Of a DNA stretch of 64,000 nucleotides, positions 11,597-19,512 are shown one piece after another (within the stretch, counting starts at the first letter, position 1; every line of letters starts with the position of its first letter). The position numbers and the translations under genes were made by a program. The notes below the pieces were generated by a model, which was given only the letters and a program-made list of their open reading frames with translations, did not search any database and was not told where the DNA came from. Source of the stretch: an uncultured virus (IMG/VR IMGVR_UViG_3300021142_000024) (taxonomy: Duplodnaviria > Heunggongvirae > Uroviricota > Caudoviricetes); IMG/VR virus record IMGVR_UViG_3300021142_000024, positions 1 to 64,000 of that record; one strand, 5' to 3'.

Positions 11597-13324
11597 TTAA
11601 TCTTCTTTAATAATGATTCTTTTTATAAACTCTTCAGGAAAATTATCATCAGATCTAGTTATAAGATCAGTAAGACATCCATCTAAAAAATATGTAATTG
11701 CCCAATCTGACTCTGATCTTACACTTCTACCAACTCCTTGAAGTATAGATGTACAGGTTTTCCAAGTATACCATCCTGGAGAGTATTTCATTTTCTCTGA
11801 AACATACTTATCTCCAATATAGGGATATGGCACTTTAAGGAATATTTGAAGTCTGCTTTTATCGTCTTTTAGATCCAGACCTTCTAGAAGAGAAGGGCCT
11901 ATAAGAATATTACCAGGAGTGGCTATAAATTTAGAAAGAACATCAATTTTCTCATCTGTACCTCTATACACATGAATTCTTCTTTGCTTAGATTTTGGTA
12001 GATTAAATAGTAGTTTTCTACCTAGATCATATGAGCCTGTATGTATTACTCCTGATTCTTTTGGATGAGCATCCATGATCTTTTCAACTGTCTTTACTAG
12101 CCATGATATATTTTTATCTATATCTTTCATGCCCATTCTACGATTAGGATAGTAATATATTGGTGATTTTGAGTAGTCAAATGAAGACTGCATCTTTTTA
12201 TAAAATGATTTACTAACTCCTATAGAATTTTCAAATTCTGATCTAGATCCCATAGTCGCAGTCATCATAAGTTTAAATCCAAATCTATCTAAAAAGTGCT
12301 TTTTCATAAGATACTTTTCATCTAGACAATTAAAAGTAATCTCTTGATCTTTCATACTCTTAATCATAAAATGCAGACCAGACTCTTCAACTATAGTAAT
12401 ATAATCTTCTATTTTACATAGTACATCTTTGACATAATCAAAATATTTAAATACATTTGACCACTCTTTTGAAACTAGATTATCTCCAAAAAGTTCTTTT
12501 GCCTTTTTCTGAACCTCATCTCTGTATGATTGGGCTTTGCCTAAGACAATCATAATGCGCTTCAGGGATGCCAAGAGAGCGCTTTTATCTTCTGTCTTAA
12601 TCATACTATCAATATTCTCTTTCAGTAGCTCTGTATTGACTAGAATACTTTTAAATCCAATATCGCTAAGACTTAAAACTAATTTAAGAACGTTATCATG
12701 TGTTTTATGAGATATTTTTGGGCTAAAATGTGTTTGAACTATATCTACTACTCTATGAGCTTCATCACATATTACAAAATCTCTAGTCTCAAATGCACTA
12801 CCATTTATAGATTTATCTTCTACGTAATTTCTCTGAATCAGTGCATATGAATAGGTTAGTAAACTCACTAGCGCCTCAATTGCCTGTTTTCTAGATTGGA
12901 AATACCCACATTGATTATAGCAATTTAATTTTTCAGAATCTTTATATGAAAGACCCTTATTCTTGCACTCTCCTAAAGAAAATTTTTCATTATTCAAAGA
13001 GCATATATAATTGTCTACACCCTTAATATAACCCCAATTATTAAACTTAAAATTTAAGATGTCTCTAGTATACTGCTCATGAAGACTGAGATCTGAAGTT
13101 AAAATATATCCAGTCTTAGATCTACTGGCCATAAAAGATGCAAAGAGAATGCCTATTATAGACTTTCCAGATCCAGTAGGGGCATCAAGAAGATAGACTC
13201 CATTTTTATCTTTATTGTAAGATTTTATAATATCTTCAACTACCTCTTTTTGGCCAGATCTGTATTTAAAATTAGGAAATTTAGATTTAACAAAACCGTC
13301 GAATTCTTTATAAGATATTGTCAT
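11597..13324 (-). CDS. DinG/Rad3-like SF2 helicase (likely start 13324)
   Basis: Q-motif RSGQ, APTGSGKS, Cys cluster, DEAH, MTAT, EGLD, QGVGRSVRS. Confidence 0.92.
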   Translation of the reverse strand: MTISYKEFDGFVKSKFPNFKYRSGQKEVVEDIIKSYNKDKNGVYLLDAPTGSGKSIIGILFASFMASRSKTGYILTSDLSLHEQYTRDILNFKFNNWGYIKGVDNYICSLNNEKFSLGECKNKGLSYKDSEKLNCYNQCGYFQSRKQAIEALVSLLTYSYALIQRNYVEDKSINGSAFETRDFVICDEAHRVVDIVQTHFSPKISHKTHDNVLKLVLSLSDIGFKSILVNTELLKENIDSMIKTEDKSALLASLKRIMIVLGKAQSYRDEVQKKAKELFGDNLVSKEWSNVFKYFDYVKDVLCKIEDYITIVEESGLHFMIKSMKDQEITFNCLDEKYLMKKHFLDRFGFKLMMTATMGSRSEFENSIGVSKSFYKKMQSSFDYSKSPIYYYPNRRMGMKDIDKNISWLVKTVEKIMDAHPKESGVIHTGSYDLGRKLLFNLPKSKQRRIHVYRGTDEKIDVLSKFIATPGNILIGPSLLEGLDLKDDKSRLQIFLKVPYPYIGDKYVSEKMKYSPGWYTWKTCTSILQGVGRSVRSESDWAITYFLDGCLTDLITRSDDNFPEEFIKRIIIKED

Positions 13325-13328
13325 AATA

Positions 13329-13814
13329 TTATTTACATAATTTATCAGCCACATAAGTAGCAGATATTGCATCTGGTTTACACCTTACAGTATAGCCCAA
13401 TGATTCTACATACCCTAATGCTGCTCTTAATGCTTGATTTGATTTAAATTGAGGATCTGGATTTAGATCTATGTCTATAAATGCAGGCTTTTTAATATTA
13501 AAAGATTTAAGATATTCAGCAATTTCAATAGATCTTTCTACTTCTGCCCATAGACGAGTAAATTCAACTTCAGTCTTGGCTGTCTGTTTTAGTATTTTAA
13601 TTCTAGGAATCCATTCAGTTGAGTAAAGAACATGACCTCCTCGACCTTTATTATGTAGGACTATTACAGTTGCATAGATAGTTTTACGTCCAATATTTTG
13701 AGAATCACAACCAATGTAAATATCAGTATTCTCATTTTTAAGTAAATAACTTTTTATATATGGAATAATGTCTATCTCTTGATTATCAGTTAAACTCTTA
13801 AATATTCGGTTCAT
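13329..13814 (-). CDS. RNase H-like YkuK/DUF458 family protein
   Basis: YIGCDSQ, GRGGHV, RLWAEVERS, DIDLN, KPDAISATYVAD. Confidence 0.85.
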   Translation of the reverse strand: MNRIFKSLTDNQEIDIIPYIKSYLLKNENTDIYIGCDSQNIGRKTIYATVIVLHNKGRGGHVLYSTEWIPRIKILKQTAKTEVEFTRLWAEVERSIEIAEYLKSFNIKKPAFIDIDLNPDPQFKSNQALRAALGYVESLGYTVRCKPDAISATYVADKLCK

Positions 13815-13850
13815 AAAATTAGATTTGCTTCATGTATAAATATATTTTAG

Positions 13851-13925
13851 AGGGCAATATTGGATTCGAACCAATGATTGTCTAGTTTTGCAGACCAGTG
13901 CCTTTAACCACTCAGCCAATTGCCC
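13851..13925 (-). tRNA. tRNA-Cys(GCA)
   Basis: Cloverleaf, loop CTGCAAA, U73. Confidence 0.92.
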
Positions 13926-13938
13926 AAATTGACAAATG

Positions 13939-14020
13939 TGCTCCAGGAGGGAATCGAACCCCCACTCCTTACGGAACCAGATCCTAAGTCTGACGCGGCT
14001 ACCAATTACGCCACTGGAGC
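13939..14020 (-). tRNA. tRNA-Leu(TAG)
   Basis: Class II cloverleaf, loop CTTAGGA. Confidence 0.93.
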
Positions 14021-14033
14021 AAGAAATTATATG

Positions 14034-14120
14034 TGCTTCTGGTCGGAGTCGAACCGACACGGACATTACTGTCCAAGGGATTTTAAGTCCCTCGCGTACT
14101 ACCTATTTCGCCACAGAAGC
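14034..14120 (-). tRNA. tRNA-Leu(TAA)
   Basis: Class II cloverleaf, loop CTTAAAA. Confidence 0.93.
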
Positions 14121-14131
14121 ATTTTTTATTG

Positions 14132-14205
14132 TACTTCGGATTGGATTCGAACCAATGACCCCCAGCTTAGAAGGCTGGTGCTCTATCCAGCTGAGCTACC
14201 GAAGC
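14132..14205 (-). tRNA. tRNA-Arg(TCT)
   Basis: Cloverleaf, loop CTTCTAA. Confidence 0.93.
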
Positions 14206-14216
14206 ATATTTTAGTG

Positions 14217-14288
14217 AGGACATACCCAGAACTGACCTGGGGACTCATGCTTACAAGGCAAGTATTTTTCCAATTAAACTACACGTCC
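14217..14288 (-). tRNA. atypical tRNA-Thr(TGT)
   Basis: Acceptor GGACGTG/TATGTCC, loop CTTGTAA, non-canonical T-loop GTCAGTT. Confidence 0.65.
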
Positions 14289-14446
14289 AAAATGAAGCTT
14301 TTAAATTATCCCCAGAGCTTCTCAACTGTGCTGGCATACGTTATGAATATGTTTCATATTCCTCCAGAGGTTTAGTGGCAGGTAGTGGATGCTATCCACC
14401 TTAACCAGACTTTCCTATCTTCGATCCCTTGGCCTTTGGGCTGTTG

Positions 14447-14518
14447 TTGCGAGGGCAGGATTCGAACCTGCGACCTTCTGGTTATGAGCCAGGTAAGCTA
14501 CCACTGCTCTACCTCACA
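14447..14518 (-). tRNA. tRNA-Met(CAT), initiator-like D-arm
   Basis: TAGAGCAGTGGTAGCT D-arm, loop CTCATAA. Confidence 0.88.
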
Positions 14519-14653
14519 ATATAATTTTAAAAAATGATAGTAGGTTATCAACATCTTTCTTGTTGTTATCAGCCCCTTTTTCGCCTATCATTTTTATTTG
14601 AGTATTATACTATAAAAGTACTAAAAGATTTTGATTATTTATTAGTATATCTT

Positions 14654-15337
14654 CTAAGTTTTATCTATAAAATTTCTTGCATCTTTTATTTTTTCTTTAG
14701 TATTATTAGACATATCAGTCCACTTTAATCTTAAAATAATCCATCCTAATTTTTCACAATATTCATCTTTTCTAATATCTCGTTGTCTATATTCTTCATA
14801 TCTTTGATGTTGTTCACCGTCTATTTCTATAGCTTTTTTTAATTTAGGCCAAGCAAAATCAAGCGAATATATTCCAATTGGATATTCAGACTTATATTCT
14901 TTATTAATAAATTCATTTTCTATAACTCGAGAAAAGAATTTTTCTGGATATGATTTTTCGTTATTCCATCTACTTTTTCCAATATTCCAAGCTCTACCTT
15001 CTTTATGAGCTTTTTTCATAGATATAGATAATTTTTCTATAGTCTCTTTTGAATGCTTTTTACCAATAGAACTTTTTTTAATTTTAGCTAATCTATCTAA
15101 TCTAAAGGGATTCAATTCACAATTAGTAGTATGAGCCCCTATTTTATTTTTGTCAAAATCATTAAAGCAGTATTTGCATACGCTATATAAAAGCTTCTGT
15201 TTTTCTAATCTTAATTTCCTAATACCAGTTTTTTCTCTACCTAATTTATAAGATTCTCCTCTATTGTGAGAAGAACAGTGTCCTATATACGCTTTTCTTT
15301 TTTCAAAGTCTTTATTGCATTTTTCACATCTATACAT
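14654..15337 (-). CDS. putative homing endonuclease (Zn finger, NUMOD3-like motif, DUF559/Vsr-like nuclease)
   Basis: CxxC..H..H N-terminus, KKHSKETIEKLS, YSLDFAW...AIEIDGEQH...RD...GWIILR; sits inside the tRNA array. Confidence 0.8.
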   Translation of the reverse strand: MYRCEKCNKDFEKRKAYIGHCSSHNRGESYKLGREKTGIRKLRLEKQKLLYSVCKYCFNDFDKNKIGAHTTNCELNPFRLDRLAKIKKSSIGKKHSKETIEKLSISMKKAHKEGRAWNIGKSRWNNEKSYPEKFFSRVIENEFINKEYKSEYPIGIYSLDFAWPKLKKAIEIDGEQHQRYEEYRQRDIRKDEYCEKLGWIILRLKWTDMSNNTKEKIKDARNFIDKT

Positions 15338-15386
15338 ATTTGTATTTTATTATAAATATAGCTCAATTGAAAAGTAGTTAACTGTG

Positions 15387-15471
15387 CGGGTAGGACAGGA
15401 TTCGAACCTGTGATGGTCTTGCGACACTGGATTAACAGTCCAGACTTTTCGGCCTCTAAAGCAACCTACCC
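15387..15471 (-). tRNA. tRNA-Asn(GTT) with long variable arm
   Basis: Loop CTGTTAA, G73, variable region TGTCGCAAGACCATC. Confidence 0.85.
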
Positions 15472-15482
15472 GTAATTTTGTG

Positions 15483-15555
15483 TGGAAATACCAGGATTCG
15501 AACCTGAATTAAATGAGTATCAGTCATTTGTGCTAAACCATTCTACTATATTTCC
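15483..15555 (-). tRNA. tRNA-Ile(GAT)
   Basis: Cloverleaf, loop CTGATAC. Confidence 0.88.
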
Positions 15556-15563
15556 AATTTGTG

Positions 15564-15650
15564 CGGAAAGCAGTGTAATCGAAACACAACCAAATTAATG
15601 ATCCACTCGCTTAGCAGGCGGTGACAACAAACCTCATTGCTTTACTTTCC
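15564..15650 (-). tRNA. tRNA-Ser(GCT)
   Basis: Class II, loop CTGCTAA, G73. Confidence 0.85.
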
Positions 15651-15654
15651 AATG

Positions 15655-15725
15655 TGTGACAGCGGGTAACGATCCCTATCTGACTGCTTCACAAGCAGGT
15701 GTGCTACCATTACACTACAGTCACC
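15655..15725 (-). tRNA. tRNA-His(GTG)
   Basis: Loop TTGTGAA, encoded G-1, T-loop ATCGTTA. Confidence 0.8.
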
Positions 15726-15733
15726 ATATTAAG

Positions 15734-15817
15734 CGGAGAAGTGAGGTATCGATCCCCATACCCGAAGGTACTCGCAGTTTTCAAGACTGGATCTAGCGCC
15801 AGCTAAATTACCTCTCC
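15734..15817 (-). tRNA. tRNA-Ser(TGA)
   Basis: Class II, loop CTTGAAA, G73. Confidence 0.88.
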
Positions 15818-15829
15818 AAAATTATTTTA

Positions 15830-15878
15830 CTGTCTCCTTTACAGTGGAGACTACTAACAATGTCCTTGTGAATATTAT
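15830..15878. repeat. 49-bp dispersed exact repeat, copy 1
   Basis: ctgtctcctttacagtggagactactaacaatgtccttgtgaatattat, identical to 19218-19266. Confidence 0.9.
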
Positions 15879-15879
15879 G

Positions 15880-15951
15880 TGCACCCTAAGGGGATTGAAC
15901 CCATGACCTCCACATTATGAGTGTGTTGCTCTACCGCTGAGCTAAAGGTGC
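15880..15951 (-). tRNA. tRNA(CAT): elongator Met or lysidine-type Ile2
   Basis: Cloverleaf, loop CTCATAA; identity cannot be resolved by eye. Confidence 0.88.
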
Positions 15952-16123
15952 AATATGTATGTAGCAACTGTCACAAGCTCTTAGAATCTACATACTAATT
16001 CAGGTTGTAAATCGGGCGATACCAATTACGCTTCACCCTTTCAAAATAACTATTACCTATCGGACGTCATCTTTAACCTTTTGGGATCCTAACCTCTCGG
16101 TCTCTAAAGGCTTATAGTTATTG

Positions 16124-16195
16124 TAGTCGCTAATGGAATCGAACCACTATCTTCGGGACCAAAACCCGACGTGTTAGCCTTTATACTAAGTGACT
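16124..16195 (-). tRNA. tRNA-Gln(TTG)
   Basis: TCGGG-TTTTGGT-CCCGA anticodon arm. Confidence 0.88.
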
Positions 16196-16245
16196 AGGTG
16201 TCCTCGGTTTTTTATAAGAGAACCGTGCACGGGTAAAAACTCTAT

Positions 16246-16319
16246 TGGAGTAGAATGTCAGAATCGAACTGACGCCACAGGCTTGGAAGGCTAGTGTACT
16301 ACCGCTATACTAATTCTAC
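16246..16319 (-). tRNA. tRNA-Gly(TCC)
   Basis: Loop CTTCCAA, U73, encoded CCA. Confidence 0.9.
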
Positions 16320-16400
16320 ATTCAGAAGTGCTTTTGATAAGTGCACTACAATTTCCTCTTAGATGGTTTACAATGTCTACGCCAACCAACAAACCCTACG

Positions 16401-16472
16401 TAGTCCATGTGAATTACGATATCACAACCTCTTGCATGTAAGGCAAGCGCTCTTCCATTGAGCTATGGGACT
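16401..16472 (-). tRNA. tRNA-Val(TAC)
   Basis: CTTGC-CTTACAT-GCAAG arm; T-loop ATCGTAA. Confidence 0.82.
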
Positions 16473-16554
16473 ATAGGGACGGTTAACTAACGCCCGCCAC
16501 AACTACCACCGCCAAGAATAGTTTTAGTGTGAGTTTTTAACCTCAATGCGTCTG

Positions 16555-16627
16555 TCTAGATGAAAGGTGACGATCCTTCCTAGTCTTGCTCCCAAAGCAA
16601 GTGCCTCACCAACTCGGCCACATCTAG
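16555..16627 (-). tRNA. tRNA-Pro(TGG)
   Basis: C1:G72, loop TTTGGGA, T-loop ATCGTCA. Confidence 0.88.
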
Positions 16628-16661
16628 ATATTTACTTTCCAATATGTCAAAGAACTAATTG

Positions 16662-16734
16662 TACTCTCAAAGTGATTCGAACACTTATCTCTAGATCCGT
16701 AGTCTAGTATTCTACTCCATTGAACTATAAGAGC
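16662..16734 (-). tRNA. tRNA-Arg(ACG)
   Basis: CTAGA-CTACGGA-TCTAG arm. Confidence 0.9.
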
Positions 16735-16738
16735 ATTT

Positions 16739-16814
16739 TGGCACGCACGTAGGGATTCGAACCCTCATCTTTGGTTTTGGAGACCAATACTCTAGCCATT
16801 TGAGCTACGCACGC
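16739..16814 (-). tRNA. tRNA-Trp(CCA)
   Basis: Loop CTCCAAA, G73, encoded CCA. Confidence 0.93.
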
Positions 16815-16822
16815 AATTTATA

Positions 16823-17068
16823 TTATCTATATTTTCTTATGAGTTTAAAAAGTTCTCTTATATCTGTGAATTTTAATTCTTGTCCTGGCTTTATGGGAAT
16901 GAACGCTATTGTAAATCCATGATTGCCACAAAAATAATCTTCCTTTTTTATCCTGTTACCATTCACGCTATCGACATATATCCAAGGAAAGTTACCTGCA
17001 AGTTTTACTTCTATCCCAAGTCGTTTCATCCTGTCTATGAATACCATCAATATATCTTTCTGCTTCAT
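16823..17068 (-). CDS. hypothetical protein
   Basis: 81 aa ORF; has its own TACTTTTA promoter-like motif at about 17084-17091. Confidence 0.65.
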   Translation of the reverse strand: MKQKDILMVFIDRMKRLGIEVKLAGNFPWIYVDSVNGNRIKKEDYFCGNHGFTIAFIPIKPGQELKFTDIRELFKLIRKYR

Positions 17069-17152
17069 TTCCTATTGATATTATAAAAGTAAAATTAATT
17101 TTTGATATTTTAAAGCTTTTTTAAGTATTTTTATTTTTTTATTATTTAAATT

Positions 17153-17189
17153 AAAAAAGCCCTGAGAGTTTGTATTTCCCAGGGCTTTT
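17153..17189 (-). terminator. intrinsic terminator of putative attenuator
   Basis: AAAAGCCCTGGGA-loop-TCTCAGGGC-TTTTTT on the minus strand. Confidence 0.85.
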
Positions 17190-17208
17190 AAAATATAATT
17201 GAGTAAAT

Positions 17209-17349
17209 TTATTTATCCATATTATATTGCCCTGGGCTGTATCTAGATTTATCTTGCATATTATTGAGTGTAATATAACAAGAGCCTAGTGAGGTCGTCG
17301 GTACGCGTCCTAATTGCCAATTATTGATATGTATATTACCTTGTGTCAT
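17209..17349 (-). CDS. putative attenuator leader peptide (46 aa, not in ORF track)
   Basis: MTQGNIHINNWQLGRVPTTSLGSCYITLNNMQDKSRYSPGQYNMDK*; preceded by GATATTTATAG motif; contains antiterminator strand 17221-17236. Confidence 0.75.
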   Translation of the reverse strand: MTQGNIHINNWQLGRVPTTSLGSCYITLNNMQDKSRYSPGQYNMDK

Positions 17350-17544
17350 TTTCTATAAATATCATACTTTTGAATAAAAAATAGATTTTAATTTTTATTT
17401 TAGTATTAGCATATTAAATCTTGTATTTAGGGGAAATCATAACGTGGAGTAAAATCCAATATTACTTCTCTAAAAAATTTAATAGGTTTCTTTTCCTTTT
17501 TTTCTTGGTTATCCTCACCAATGACAATACATTTTATTTTCATA

Positions 17545-17958
17545 TTATATAAGTGATAATGCGTGTTCAATTGCTTTTTGTCTTACTTCTTCATAATTAT
17601 TAGACCAGTCTTGGGTTGAATCGTCATTTTCTATGCCATACTCTTCTCCAACCCACACAGTAAAAATATATTGAGCTGTTTCTTTAGTTAACCCACCTAA
17701 AAACTGCACTTCAATTATAATATTATACTTCTTCCTAAACCAGTCTATGACTTGCTGCCACAAGGGTAATGAGTAGGACATATCGTACTTATTCCAGTCA
17801 TCACACTTAATTTTGCCTTCAGGAGTACTAGATCCATATATATACCGATCTACATTATTACCAGTATCTCCAGTATAAACGTAGGCCATACAAGGTTCAT
17901 CAAAACCTCTTTGCTTTAGTACTTCTGCTATTGATAGTGGCACAAATTGTTCTTTCAT
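17545..17958 (-). CDS. hypothetical protein
   Basis: FVP..IA..LK..GFDEPC and PLWQQVIDWFR motifs common in Bacteroidetes phage hypotheticals. Confidence 0.7.
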   Translation of the reverse strand: MKEQFVPLSIAEVLKQRGFDEPCMAYVYTGDTGNNVDRYIYGSSTPEGKIKCDDWNKYDMSYSLPLWQQVIDWFRKKYNIIIEVQFLGGLTKETAQYIFTVWVGEEYGIENDDSTQDWSNNYEEVRQKAIEHALSLI

Positions 17959-17961
17959 TTT

Positions 17962-18177
17962 TTACTTTTTAAGTGGATAGATTACATCTACGAGTTTGCT
18001 TGCCATACTTGATTTTACTTCAAAATCCTTAATATATAGGGATTCAAAATGCGCATGGACTCTAGCTTCACTCTCTGTTACTGATTCCGCATCGACTAGA
18101 TATTTCACTGTCTCTTTTCTTACTTTTTCTGAATTAGGATCAATAGTCCTAAATTCTACTTTTACTTCAAAAAACAT
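17962..18177 (-). CDS. DUF4494 family protein
   Basis: FEVKV...KYLVDAESVTESEARV...FEVKS. Confidence 0.75.
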   Translation of the reverse strand: MFFEVKVEFRTIDPNSEKVRKETVKYLVDAESVTESEARVHAHFESLYIKDFEVKSSMASKLVDVIYPLKK

Positions 18178-18438
18178 ATTTTATTTTTTAGTTTTATTTA
18201 AATAACGAATTAATAATTCTATTGGAATACCTACTGATAATGTAAGTAAAATTATACCAGATAAAAAATAAAGAATGCCTGTTTTATTTATTAACCAAAA
18301 AGAAATATTACATAGTACTATTATAATTGATAATAATATTACAAATATTGCTATCTTTTTAAGTGGATATTGCTTTATCATATCGATTTATTACAGTGTA
18401 AAAGTAATTAAAAAAAGTGATCTTATAGTATTTTATTT

Positions 18439-18924
18439 CTAAGTAGTAGTATATTTTTTTCCTAAACTTGTAATAGCTTCTATTGCTGTAGGTAAATCAA
18501 TATTGAAAAATTCTCTATTATTAGAAACTCGGTATTGATCTAGATATTTATGTATTTCACTTTCTAAAAATTCACCCTCATTACATCTGAAAATATACTC
18601 TACAATAAAAGGAGTAGCCACGCCAGTAGCAGATGATATTTGCTGAGCTCTGTCTTTAGGATCTTGTTTTGTATAACCTATTTTTAGCAGATTTGGCATA
18701 GATTGATTTGACAGCACATATATCCAATATCTTCCAGAGCCTAGATCATTAGAATATGATTTACGTCTAGAGGTATAATATGTGACATCATCCCAGTCTT
18801 CCATACCTGGAATAGTACATGGCGTTATAGTAAAATATGCAGCTGGATAATCCAATACATCATCAGTTTTAGATATATATTGATCTGCCTCTTGAGGAGT
18901 TAATCTTATTATAGATTTTTTCAT
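18439..18924 (-). CDS. T5orf172/GIY-YIG domain protein
   Basis: WIYVLSN.SMPNLLKIGYT...RA.QIS.ATGV..PF...REFF. Confidence 0.88.
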   Translation of the reverse strand: MKKSIIRLTPQEADQYISKTDDVLDYPAAYFTITPCTIPGMEDWDDVTYYTSRRKSYSNDLGSGRYWIYVLSNQSMPNLLKIGYTKQDPKDRAQQISSATGVATPFIVEYIFRCNEGEFLESEIHKYLDQYRVSNNREFFNIDLPTAIEAITSLGKKYTTT

Positions 18925-19149
18925 ACTATAGCATCATTATGATTAAGGCAAAAAGACCAATGCTCCACCATGGCATAAAAATAAAAATAATCATTTCTAC
19001 TAAAAGACTGAATTTAAACATCTGTAATAAAGTCAATCCTAAATCATTTGCAAATAGTAGTGAGATTAATGGTACTGCAAATATGATCAATATAGTAAAT
19101 ATGATCTTCCTTAAAATATGTAATGCCTTCATTTTAATTAAATTAAAAA

Positions 19150-19206
19150 GAGAGTTCCACTTACTGCTATAGAGCTTGATTCAGCACAGCCAGTCACTCA
19201 CAACCA
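19150..19206 (-). ncRNA. candidate small structured RNA, copy A
   Basis: Conserved flanks TGGTTGTGAGTGACT...GTGGAACTCTC around a variable hairpin; same flanks at 28225-28292. Confidence 0.5.
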
Positions 19207-19217
19207 ATATCTTACTT

Positions 19218-19266
19218 CTGTCTCCTTTACAGTGGAGACTACTAACAATGTCCTTGTGAATATTAT
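19218..19266. repeat. 49-bp dispersed exact repeat, copy 2
   Basis: Identical to 15830-15878. Confidence 0.9.
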
Positions 19267-19512
19267 TGCTTTAATTCACTAACCCCAAGCTTGCAATTAG
19301 CTATATGGACTCTCAGGGGCCACGAGTTTAGTATCTCTTTCATTGAATAACGCTACTGTAATAGCTGTAATGCTGTTATGTTTTAAAACGGTAGCGGGAT
19401 TAGTGCCTCAGATAATTTCCACCGTTGGAAATTCCTACCTGTACTTATCAGGCCATTACTATTCAACTTCAAAGCAGAAGTAAATGATTATAAAGAATTT
19501 TAATCTGCTAGA

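Noticed and set aside
13830..14375. Track ORFs 13830-14066, 13920-14375 and 13936-14214
   Set aside because: They overlap clear tRNA genes and are shadows of GC-rich RNA sequence.
15990..16040. Additional tRNA between tRNA(CAT) and tRNA-Gln
   Set aside because: Only a D-arm-like motif is present; no matching acceptor stem or T-arm.
19420..19460. Hammerhead ribozyme or SAM riboswitch in the 19.3-19.5 kb tract
   Set aside because: Reads CTGATAA rather than CTGANGA, and the remaining core elements could not be placed.
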